From positions 1-27,347 of the forward strand of contig JAUXHF010000001.1 of assembly GCA_030621685.1 (NCBI GenBank): a stretch of DNA of 27,347 bases. Direction: 5' to 3'. The translations under genes and the position numbers were made by a program. Every line of letters starts with the position of its first letter. Position 1 is the first letter of the stretch. Under the pieces are notes generated by a model. The model searched no databases. It was given only the letters and a program-made list of their open reading frames with translations, and was not told the DNA's origin. Origin of the DNA: Spirochaetota bacterium. Lineage in GTDB: Bacteria; Spirochaetota; UBA12135; COTS27. This document shows positions 17,937 through 25,895 of the stretch, piece by piece.

Positions 17937-18053
17937 CTTATATAAGAAACTATATAATGAACTTTTACTTTTTACTATGGCTATGCTTATAAAAATATGT
18001 TCGAACAGAATAGCCTTTTCAAAAAACAAAGAAATCTAAAGAGATAAAGTAGC

Positions 18054-18539
18054 TTGAAAATAACTTTTGCAGAACGAAAAAACATCCAACTGATTGAAGA
18101 AGGCCACATGCTTTCGCCGAAGTTCGATGAAAATGGACTCATTCCCGCTATAACCAGCGATTATTTTAGCGGAGAGATTCTTATGCACGGCTACATGAAC
18201 AAAGAGGCTTTAGAAAAAACTCTGCTCTTAGGAGAATGCGTCTATTTTAGCCGCAGTCGCCAAAAACTTTGGCATAAAGGTGAACACAGCGGTTTTGTTC
18301 AAAAAGTTAAGGAAATTCGTGTTGATGATGACCAAGATGCGCTTTGGCTGCGAGTCGATACAGCCGGTAAAGCAAGTTGCCATGTTGGCTATCGCTCTTG
18401 TTTTTACAGAAACATTATGTTACCTTCAAAAAGCACAAATACTTCAGATGCTGTCGTTCAGCTGGCCTTCAAAGAAACAAAAAAACATTTTAATCCTGAT
18501 AAGGTGTATAAAGGCCTAGCTAACCCCACCAGAATTTAA
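18054..18539 (+). CDS. hisI: Phosphoribosyl-AMP cyclohydrolase, standalone, DCD-to-DDD variant
   Basis: PKFDENGLIP, YFSRSRQKLWHKGE.SG, DDDQDALW, SCHVGYRSCFYR; TTG start. Confidence 0.92.
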   Translation: MKITFAERKNIQLIEEGHMLSPKFDENGLIPAITSDYFSGEILMHGYMNKEALEKTLLLGECVYFSRSRQKLWHKGEHSGFVQKVKEIRVDDDQDALWLRVDTAGKASCHVGYRSCFYRNIMLPSKSTNTSDAVVQLAFKETKKHFNPDKVYKGLANPTRI

Positions 18540-18541
18540 AG

Positions 18542-19528
18542 ATGCTTTCAGCATTTTTTCTAAAAAACGAAATTCACTCCTACAAAAAAGACAAATCTAT
18601 GAGCCTAAGCGATAACAAGGAAAACCTCCCCGATATTACCCTAGAACAAAAACCTGCCTATTTCTCGAAATTGAATCGGGTGGGCATGAGCGATATCGTA
18701 ATACCCGTTCAGCTTTTCAATGAAGAAACCGGCAAGCAATATCTGCCTGCGAAAGCTTCTATCACGGTTAGCCTAGATAAGCAAGGTGTTAAAGGCATTC
18801 ATATGTCTCGGCTCTATATTTTGCTTTGTGATTATTTAAAGGAAAAACTATGCACTCCGACCCACCTGGAATCGCTTTTAGACCAGCTTATACAATCGCA
18901 ACAGGGCATAAGTTCTTCTTGTTATTTAGAATTAGAGTTTAAATATTTATTGTACAAAAAATCCTTAGTATCCCAGCTTTCAGGGCCACAATACTATCCC
19001 ATAAAATTCTCTATGAAAAAAGAGCGTGAAAGACCTGCAGAATTTTGCCTGAATTTTTCATTTTATTATTCAAGCACTTGCCCTTGCTCGGGCAGGCTCT
19101 CAGAATCTTATATTCAAAAAAGCATGGCCTTGCAGCAAGCAGGCTTGGAACATGGCTCATCAAGCCAAAATAGTTCAGAAAAAAACTCAATACCTATATT
19201 GAAAGCTGTTCCGCATGCCCAAAGGAGTCAGGCTGAAATAACGCTATGTTTTAGCAAAATTCCTGAAAATTTAAATTTAAATAAACTCATTCTTGATACC
19301 GAAAGTTGTATCGCCACCCCTGTGCAAAGCGTTGTGAAAAGAGAAGATGAACTAGAATTCGCTCGATTGAACGCTGAAAACATGATTTTCTGTGAAGATG
19401 CCGCTCGTTTAATAAAAAAACATTATGATGCCCATGAAACTAGCTTTTCAGATTATACTATTAAAGTTGTACACTTTGAAAGCCTCCATGCTCACAACAC
19501 CTTAGCTATAGCTCGCAAAAATAACTAA
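18542..19528 (+). CDS. folE2: GTP cyclohydrolase IB (Zn-independent type)
   Basis: LPDI, RVGM, KGIHMSRL, YSSTCPCS, PHAQRS, VKREDE, NMIFCEDAAR, ESLHAHN. Alternative start at 18599. Confidence 0.95.
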   Translation: MLSAFFLKNEIHSYKKDKSMSLSDNKENLPDITLEQKPAYFSKLNRVGMSDIVIPVQLFNEETGKQYLPAKASITVSLDKQGVKGIHMSRLYILLCDYLKEKLCTPTHLESLLDQLIQSQQGISSSCYLELEFKYLLYKKSLVSQLSGPQYYPIKFSMKKERERPAEFCLNFSFYYSSTCPCSGRLSESYIQKSMALQQAGLEHGSSSQNSSEKNSIPILKAVPHAQRSQAEITLCFSKIPENLNLNKLILDTESCIATPVQSVVKREDELEFARLNAENMIFCEDAARLIKKHYDAHETSFSDYTIKVVHFESLHAHNTLAIARKNN

Positions 19529-19559
19529 AAAACTTAAATTAAAGAGGGATAAGCCTATC

Positions 19560-19590
19560 AATAACCCTTAGCTAATAGCTAAGGGTTATT
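19560..19590. terminator. Near-perfect 31-bp palindrome downstream of folE2 (terminator-like hairpin or operator)
   Basis: AATAACCCTTAGCTA-A-TAGCTAAGGGTTATT; no clean U-tract directly adjacent. Confidence 0.55.
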
Positions 19591-19729
19591 AGCTATTAGC
19601 TACTGCTATTTGGCTCTTTTCTTGAAAGACTTATACTTATATCACTTTGAACCATGCTTCTACGAAGCTAACTAACTTTGTATTTCATTTGCATCTCATT
19701 TGAAATTTATTTGTTACTCCATTAAAACT

Positions 19730-21883
19730 ATGAACAAAAAAAACATTTTAAAACTTTTCGCAGTGCTTGTAATTATAGGCCTGATTATTCTTGCCTATAA
19801 GCTAAATCTTGCTAGCTACCTTAGCATAGATTATTTAAAAGAACAGCAGCAAAATTTCATTCAATACTATGAAAACAATAAGCTTCAGACGATAAGCATC
19901 TATATGATCAGCTATATTCTGTTAGCTGCGTTATCGTTACCGGGGGCGGCTACGGCGCTAACCGTATTAGCCGGAGCCTTATTTGGCGTAGTCTTAGGAA
20001 CTGTTTTGGTATCTTTTAGTAGCACTATTGGCGCTACATTAGCTTTTTTAACCTCAAGGTTTATTCTAAGAGAGAGTATTGAAAAACGATTCTCTGCTGC
20101 ATTAAGAAAAATTAACGAAGGCATTAAACGAGAAGGTCCTTTCTACTTATTCACGCTTCGTGTTATTCCGCTCTTTCCTTTTTTCTTAATCAACTTAGTG
20201 GTGGGCTTAACCAGAATTCCTGTTATCACATTTTTTTGGGTGAGCCAATTGGGCATGCTATCGGGTACCGCCGTATACGTTTATGCAGGCGAGCAGCTAG
20301 CTGCTATTGAAAGTTTTACTGATATTGCCTCGCCGCGGTTAATCCTGGCCTTTGTGCTTATCGGATCTATTCCTTTTATATTAAAATTCTCGATAAATTC
20401 TTATAAGGCCTATAAGGTCTATAGCAAATTTACGAAACCTAAATCTTTTGATTACAACCTTATCGTCATTGGTGCTGGCTCTGCCGGCTTAGTTTCTTCG
20501 TATATCGCTGCTACGGTAAAAGCCAAAGTAGCCTTAATAGAAAAACATAAGATGGGCGGAGATTGCCTCAATACCGGCTGTGTACCCTCGAAAGCTTTAA
20601 TTAACTCGGCAAAGCTAGTAAGCAACATTGCAAAGGCGCAAAAAGCGGGTATTGTCGGAAAGGTTTCAGCAAAACCAGACTTCAAGAAGATTATGTTCCA
20701 TGTTAAAAACGCTATTAAGAAAATTGAACCCCATGATTCTGTTGATAGATATTCCAAAATAGGCGTTGAATGCATAAAAGGCGAGGCTACTATAGTTTCT
20801 CCTTGGGAAGTACAAGTAAATGGCAAAACCTTAACCACAAGGAACATTATTGTGGCTACTGGAGCAAGGCCCTTTATGCCTCCCCTTCCCGGCTTAGCTC
20901 AAGTTAAGCCGCTTAACTCGGATACCCTATGGAATCTGCAAAAACTTCCTAAACGCTTAGTGATATTGGGCGGTGGTCCCATTGGCTGCGAGCTGACACA
21001 ATCGTTTTCTAGACTTGGCTCAAAGGTTATTCAAATTGAAATGCTGAGTAGGATAATGGCCGTTGAAGACGAAGCGGTCAGCACTTTTATTACGAAGAAA
21101 TTCATCAAAGAGGGCGCAGAAATCTTAACCGAGCATAAGGCCCTGCGTTTCGAGAAAAAAAGTGGCTTAAAATACATTATTGTAGAACATAAAGGCAAAG
21201 AAAAGAAAATTGCCTTCGATGAGGTTATTATTGCTATTGGCCGCCGAGCCAACATTACTGGCTTCGGCTTAGAGAACCTAGGCATAAGGCTGCGTCCCAA
21301 TAAAACTATAGATGCCAATGAGTTTCTGCAGACGAACATCCCCAATATCTTTGTTTGTGGCGATGTTACCGGGCCCTATCAGTTTACCCATACCGCAGCA
21401 CACCAGGCCTATTATGCTTCGGTAAATGCTTTATTTGGCGGCCTAAAGAAATTCAAAGTTGATTACAGTGTTATTCCTTGGTGTACGTTCACCGATCCTG
21501 AGGTTGCCACTGTGGGCCTAAGCCAGCAAGCTGCCAAGAAACTTCAAATTGAATTCGAAGTTACCCAATACGGACTTGATGATCTTGATAGGGCTATCAC
21601 CGATATGAATGACGAGGGCTTCATTCAAGTGTTAACCGAAAAAGGCAAGGATAAAATATTAGGCGCTACCATTGTCGGCGCCACTGCTAGCACGCTCATC
21701 TTAGAGTTTGTTTCAGCTATGAAAAACAAATTTGGATTAAATGCCATTTTGTCGACCATCCACATCTACCCCAGTATGGGCGAGGCCAATAAATACTTAG
21801 CTGGAAATTGGAAGAAAGCCCATGCCTCTGCGGCTGGTTTGAAATTCGCCAAGTGGTTTAACCAAAGATCTCGCAAGAATTAA
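19730..21883 (+). CDS. DedA/TVP38 (VTT) membrane domain fused to a class I pyridine nucleotide-disulfide oxidoreductase
   Basis: N-terminal ALSLPGA...GATLAF..SR...LRVIPLFPF (DedA), then GAGSAG, GGDCLNTGCVPSK, GGGPIG.E, CGDV and HIYPSMGE. ATG at 19730 preferred over TTG at 19700. Confidence 0.93.
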   Translation: MNKKNILKLFAVLVIIGLIILAYKLNLASYLSIDYLKEQQQNFIQYYENNKLQTISIYMISYILLAALSLPGAATALTVLAGALFGVVLGTVLVSFSSTIGATLAFLTSRFILRESIEKRFSAALRKINEGIKREGPFYLFTLRVIPLFPFFLINLVVGLTRIPVITFFWVSQLGMLSGTAVYVYAGEQLAAIESFTDIASPRLILAFVLIGSIPFILKFSINSYKAYKVYSKFTKPKSFDYNLIVIGAGSAGLVSSYIAATVKAKVALIEKHKMGGDCLNTGCVPSKALINSAKLVSNIAKAQKAGIVGKVSAKPDFKKIMFHVKNAIKKIEPHDSVDRYSKIGVECIKGEATIVSPWEVQVNGKTLTTRNIIVATGARPFMPPLPGLAQVKPLNSDTLWNLQKLPKRLVILGGGPIGCELTQSFSRLGSKVIQIEMLSRIMAVEDEAVSTFITKKFIKEGAEILTEHKALRFEKKSGLKYIIVEHKGKEKKIAFDEVIIAIGRRANITGFGLENLGIRLRPNKTIDANEFLQTNIPNIFVCGDVTGPYQFTHTAAHQAYYASVNALFGGLKKFKVDYSVIPWCTFTDPEVATVGLSQQAAKKLQIEFEVTQYGLDDLDRAITDMNDEGFIQVLTEKGKDKILGATIVGATASTLILEFVSAMKNKFGLNAILSTIHIYPSMGEANKYLAGNWKKAHASAAGLKFAKWFNQRSRKN

Positions 21884-21895
21884 ATTTCAGGCTTT

Positions 21896-22037
21896 CCATC
21901 CACATCTACCCCAATATATAGGAGAGGCCAATAAATACTTAGCTGAAAATTCGAAGAAAGCCCATGCCTCTGCGGCTGGCTTGAAATTCGCCAAGTGGTT
22001 TAACCAAATATCTCCCAAGAATTAAATTTCATGCTTT
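21896..22037 (+). pseudogene. Tandem copy of 21756-21895 (3' end of the fusion gene plus the convergent cbiX stop)
   Basis: 140/142-nt units with 9 substitutions and one 2-nt insertion. Unit 1 carries the intact fusion-gene end; unit 2 carries the functional cbiX stop. Confidence 0.93.
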
Positions 22038-22430
22038 CTTGCTATCTTGCAGGTGTTTTAGTATGTACTCTATCATTTTAGGCATTTTCCCCACATAGGG
22101 CGCAATTTCTATGGGAATATCACTATACAGTAACTGACGTTCTTTTACAAGCTCGGGGATGTCTTTAGCAACATGACGACCGCTACTTAAAAAGTAAGGG
22201 AATATGGTAATATGCTTTGAACCTGCTGTTACAGCCTTATCTATAGCCCCAGGGATGCTCGGCTCGGCTAGCTCCAGAAATCCACAAAGAATAATATCAT
22301 AGAAGCTGCTAGGCATCGCTTCATGTGATGATGCTCTTGCTTTTTCCCGCAGATTGTCTGTAAGCTCTCTTATTTCATCGTTTGAGGCAATAACTTTGCT
22401 GCCGTGGGCTATTAAGATTAAGGCTCTCAT
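22029..22430 (-). CDS. Single-domain CbiX/SirB-type sirohydrochlorin chelatase-like protein
   Basis: LIAHGS, FLELAEPSI, PYFLSSGRHVAKDIP (two metal-binding His residues). Confidence 0.88.
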   Translation of the reverse strand: MRALILIAHGSKVIASNDEIRELTDNLREKARASSHEAMPSSFYDIILCGFLELAEPSIPGAIDKAVTAGSKHITIFPYFLSSGRHVAKDIPELVKERQLLYSDIPIEIAPYVGKMPKMIEYILKHLQDSKKA

Positions 22431-22435
22431 CCTAG

Positions 22436-23191
22436 CTAAGCATCGTATTTTTCAAAAAAAATGTTTTGCTCTGCTGTGCCAAGTTTACGAAGCAAATTTC
22501 GTATATCATCAACCATAGCTTTTAAGCCACAGATGAAAAACAAGCTTTTTTCATTACTAGAATAATGCTTTTCTAGCAAACGAAGCACTCTACCTTGCTC
22601 GCCACTATATTCAGGATTTTCTGGCCTGCTCACAATACTCTCGTAAACAAATGGCGGCTTCTTAGCTGCTTGGCGGGCCTCGCTTAAGGCTAAGAAACGC
22701 TCTTTATACAATATTTCCCGAATATACCTTGCCCCAGTAAGCAAGGTAAGTTTATTCTTGAAATCCTTAAGAAGCAAGGTTTCAATTTGGCTCTTTATTG
22801 GTGAAATTCCAGTGCCCGTAGCAATAAAAACCAAATTATGTTCAGCCATTTGTTTCGGAAGCACGAAAAAACCCATAGGCCCCACTATTCGAAAACTCAT
22901 TCCAAGCGGAAAATTAAACAAAGCCGGCGTCACCATCCCCGCCTCAACTTTTTTAATGCAGCAAGAAATTCTAGACTTCTGTGACGGCGAAGAACATATA
23001 GAATATGAACGAGCCTGCACCTTTCCTGCAGCGCTAAAGCTAATAGTTACATATTGCCCAGCCGTGAAAACAAAGTTTTCAGGTACAAAGAAACTAAACT
23101 GGCTTACCGTAGGCGTAAGCTCACAGCGCTCTAAAAGTTTGCTCTCAAAACGTAACCTTTTATGCAGTGGTCTTTGGAAAACTGTTGTCAT
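22436..23191 (-). CDS. Ferredoxin-NADP reductase-type FAD/NAD(P)-binding oxidoreductase
   Basis: AGQY, RSYSICS, GPMGFF, FIATGTGISP, FICGLKAMV, C-terminal FFEKY. Confidence 0.9.
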   Translation of the reverse strand: MTTVFQRPLHKRLRFESKLLERCELTPTVSQFSFFVPENFVFTAGQYVTISFSAAGKVQARSYSICSSPSQKSRISCCIKKVEAGMVTPALFNFPLGMSFRIVGPMGFFVLPKQMAEHNLVFIATGTGISPIKSQIETLLLKDFKNKLTLLTGARYIREILYKERFLALSEARQAAKKPPFVYESIVSRPENPEYSGEQGRVLRLLEKHYSSNEKSLFFICGLKAMVDDIRNLLRKLGTAEQNIFFEKYDA

Positions 23192-23257
23192 AGAATCTCT
23201 CTCATCTTAAAAGTGCTATGAAATATAACATTCTTTATGCCGTAATTTAAATAGCAC

Positions 23258-23281
23258 TTTGGCAGTAATTTGGCAGTAATT
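23258..23281. repeat. 11-bp tandem repeat (TTTGGCAGTAA) x2
   Basis: Two perfect adjacent copies; a near copy tttgccagtaa lies at 23364. Confidence 0.8.
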
Positions 23282-23484
23282 CTTTGGGTCTAATAATTTC
23301 CTAGCTTATTGTATAAATTCCATCACATGCAAGCAAAAGGATAGTATCTGTAAAACTTGCTAGTTTGCCAGTAATCGTTTATAATTATAACACAGTATCT
23401 TTCAAGAAAAATAATATTAATCCTTTAGTTTTGCATCATCCCTTACATGCCACATAATCCATTTAACCGTACAAGGAAAGTTTT

Positions 23485-24516
23485 TTGATAGAAGCCATCT
23501 TTTCCAAAGAAGAAAAGCAAGAAGACAAGGCTCTTTACAGCCTTCGACCAGAACTGCTTAGCGACTTTGTCGGTCAAGTAAGTTTAAAGAAAAATATACA
23601 TGTGTATATTACAGCTGCCCAAAAAAGAAAGGAAGCCTTAGATCACACGCTGCTGAGCGGGCCGCCCGGTCTTGGCAAAACAACACTTTCGCTTATTATC
23701 GCCAAAGAGATGAAGGCGAATGTCCGAATCACCTCTGCGCCCACAATAGAGCGAACAGGCGATATGGCAGCGCTGCTCAGTAGCTTAAGGCCAAAGGAAA
23801 TACTTTTTATAGACGAGATTCATCGCTTAAAGCCCATTGTTGAAGAAGTGTTATATTCTGCTATGGAGGATTTCAAACTCGACCTCAATTTAGGCGGCAA
23901 GGGCAGCAGTAGAGCTGTACGCATCAACATAGCGCCCTTTACCTTGATAGGAGCAACTACGAAACCCGGAAGCATGACTCAGCCTTTAATTAGCCGATTT
24001 GGCATTATTGGTAGATTTAACTTCTACCACCACAAAGATCTGGAAAGTATTGCCCGAAGAAATGCTGCAAAACTCAAAATGAATATGAACGCTACCAGTA
24101 TTAGCGAGATTTCAAAACGTAGCCGTGGAACCCCGCGTATCTTAAACCGTTTGCTTCGTAGAGTTCGTGATTTTGCCGATGTTCAAGATGTTAGCCTCAT
24201 CAACAGCGATCTAGTTAGCTACGCCCTAGGGCAGATGCAAATTGATGAGTATGGGCTAGACGATATGGACAGACGCTTACTGCAAGTTATTATAGAGCAT
24301 TTCAAAGGTGGGCCTGTTGGCATTGAAACCTTATCTACCAGCCTTTCCGAAGATAGCACCAGCCTTGAAGAAGTTTACGAGCCTTATTTAATACAGCTTG
24401 GTTTTTTGAAACGCACTCGGCAGGGGCGAATGGCAACGCCGCTCTCTTATAAATATCTAAAAATAGAAAACCCTAAGCCAAGTGACGATGATTCTTCTTC
24501 CCTGAATCTTTTCTAA
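23485..24516 (+). CDS. ruvB: Holliday junction branch migration helicase RuvB
   Basis: LRP..LSDFVGQ, GPPGLGKTT, FIDEIHRL, GATT, SRGTPRI.NRLLRRVRD, GGPVG, YEPYL; TTG start with an AAGGA-like RBS. Confidence 0.97.
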   Translation: MIEAIFSKEEKQEDKALYSLRPELLSDFVGQVSLKKNIHVYITAAQKRKEALDHTLLSGPPGLGKTTLSLIIAKEMKANVRITSAPTIERTGDMAALLSSLRPKEILFIDEIHRLKPIVEEVLYSAMEDFKLDLNLGGKGSSRAVRINIAPFTLIGATTKPGSMTQPLISRFGIIGRFNFYHHKDLESIARRNAAKLKMNMNATSISEISKRSRGTPRILNRLLRRVRDFADVQDVSLINSDLVSYALGQMQIDEYGLDDMDRRLLQVIIEHFKGGPVGIETLSTSLSEDSTSLEEVYEPYLIQLGFLKRTRQGRMATPLSYKYLKIENPKPSDDDSSSLNLF

Positions 24517-24750
24517 GGGAATCGCTTAAATTCCTAGCTTCTATTCTATGGGGCAGCTGGCAGAACGCTGTAACTCTGCCTCCGCATTTTTAGCGAGGCT
24601 AAAGAGCAGCGCTAAGTTTTTTTTGCAGTTTAATTTCAAATTCTTTTTTTTCAAGTTAGCCATGCAAAAAACCGAAAATAGAAAACAAGTTATAAAAGGT
24701 ATTTATAATATTCACTTTTCTTTAACCTTTTTATAAAGCCTGCCATATTT

Positions 24751-25893
24751 ATGAATCGAAGAATTTTCCTTATACGAAGCTCTGTATTCCTCCTTAGTTA
24801 TCAGATCTCCCAAATATTTGGGCGAACGCTTTTTGCCAATAAAAAAAAGCTAGACGAGAAAAAATTCATTCGTGTGCTTTTTTTCAAAGGAAAAACCCTG
24901 CCCGCAGAACTTGGAATTAAGGAACGGGACTTAAACTCTAACTCTAACTCTAGCTCTAGAAAGCAGGCTATTTTCACAATAGATGAAGAAAATCCCATAG
25001 TGTATAAGAAAGTGAAATATTCTGGGAAAATAATTATCGAAAAAAATAAAGAAAAATTTTTTGTGATAAATGAAATTGAGCTTGAAAAGTACATAGCAGG
25101 CGTGCTACGAAAAGAAATATCTTATAGCTGGCCGAAAAACGCTATAAAGGCACAAGCCCTAGCTGCTCGATCGTATGCTTATAATTTTATTGAGAAAAAT
25201 AATAACAAGGCTTATCATGTTGGTGTTGATACATCCTATCAAGTATTTGGCGGCATTCATGGGGTTCATTCCAATATCACTGAAAATGTTGAGAAAACTA
25301 GAGATCTTATTATGGTCTATCGCAACAACCCCATCCAAACTTTTTTCCATGCCAGCTGTGGTGGCATTACAGAAAAAGCCGAGGATGTTTGGCAATCTGA
25401 TAAAAAGCTTCGTTATTTCAAAAACATTCGCTGTCCTTATTGCAAAACGCATCCGCTTTACACTTGGGAAAGAAGTTTCAAAAAAGAGCTACTGGAAAGC
25501 AAAATTGCAGCTCATATTTCTGCCAAGAAAATTAAAAAAATTACTATATTAAAAATGTCTTATTCCAAAAGAATAAAACTGCTTGCTCTAAAACCAGCTA
25601 GCGGGAAAAGTGTTCTTATGACAGGCAATGAATTTAGAAGAGTCCTTGGTGCTAAGAGCTTCCCATCTACGAAATTCACACTTTCTAAAAATAAAAATGA
25701 CTATGTTTTCAAAGGCAAGGGTTTTGGTCATGGCGTTGGGCTTTGCCAATGGGGTGCTAAAACTTTGGCTGAAAGACGAAATTCTTATACCAGTATATTA
25801 AACTTCTACTATAAAAGCTGCAGAATAACCAGCATAAAAAAACATGCTCATCTAAAAGCAAAAAATCTAAAAAGAAAAGGGAGCATTCTCTAA
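24751..25893 (+). CDS. SpoIID/LytB domain protein (putative lytic transglycosylase) with twin-arginine-like signal peptide
   Basis: LEKYIAGVLRKEI..SW...AIKAQALAARSY, QVFGG, FFHASCGG.TE, G.GFGHGVGLCQWGA; N-terminus MNRRIFL. Confidence 0.9.
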   Translation: MNRRIFLIRSSVFLLSYQISQIFGRTLFANKKKLDEKKFIRVLFFKGKTLPAELGIKERDLNSNSNSSSRKQAIFTIDEENPIVYKKVKYSGKIIIEKNKEKFFVINEIELEKYIAGVLRKEISYSWPKNAIKAQALAARSYAYNFIEKNNNKAYHVGVDTSYQVFGGIHGVHSNITENVEKTRDLIMVYRNNPIQTFFHASCGGITEKAEDVWQSDKKLRYFKNIRCPYCKTHPLYTWERSFKKELLESKIAAHISAKKIKKITILKMSYSKRIKLLALKPASGKSVLMTGNEFRRVLGAKSFPSTKFTLSKNKNDYVFKGKGFGHGVGLCQWGAKTLAERRNSYTSILNFYYKSCRITSIKKHAHLKAKNLKRKGSIL

Positions 25894-25895
25894 TT

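Noticed and set aside
19730-21883. Annotation as mercuric reductase merA
   Set aside because: No C-terminal Cys-Cys pair, no NmerA domain and no mer operon genes.
15173-22037. Echoes as diversity-generating retroelement TR/VR pairs
   Set aside because: Mismatches are not adenine-specific (only 4 of 9 have A in the copy at 21896-22037), the copies carry indels, the targets are conserved enzymes, and no reverse transcriptase is in the window.
4221-23281. Short repeats as a CRISPR array, iterons or a REP/MITE family
   Set aside because: Units are unrelated to each other, lack unique spacers, and there are no cas, rep or transposase genes.
24497-24553. Possible very old echoes after ruvB (about 16/22 match), and similar weak cases after folK, speD and the 201-aa gene
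   Set aside because: Too short and AT-rich to distinguish from chance without a statistical test.
24541-24736. 62-aa (+) and 40-aa (-) ORFs between ruvB and spoIID
   Set aside because: No clear RBS, low-complexity poly-T/poly-A-derived sequence, no motifs.
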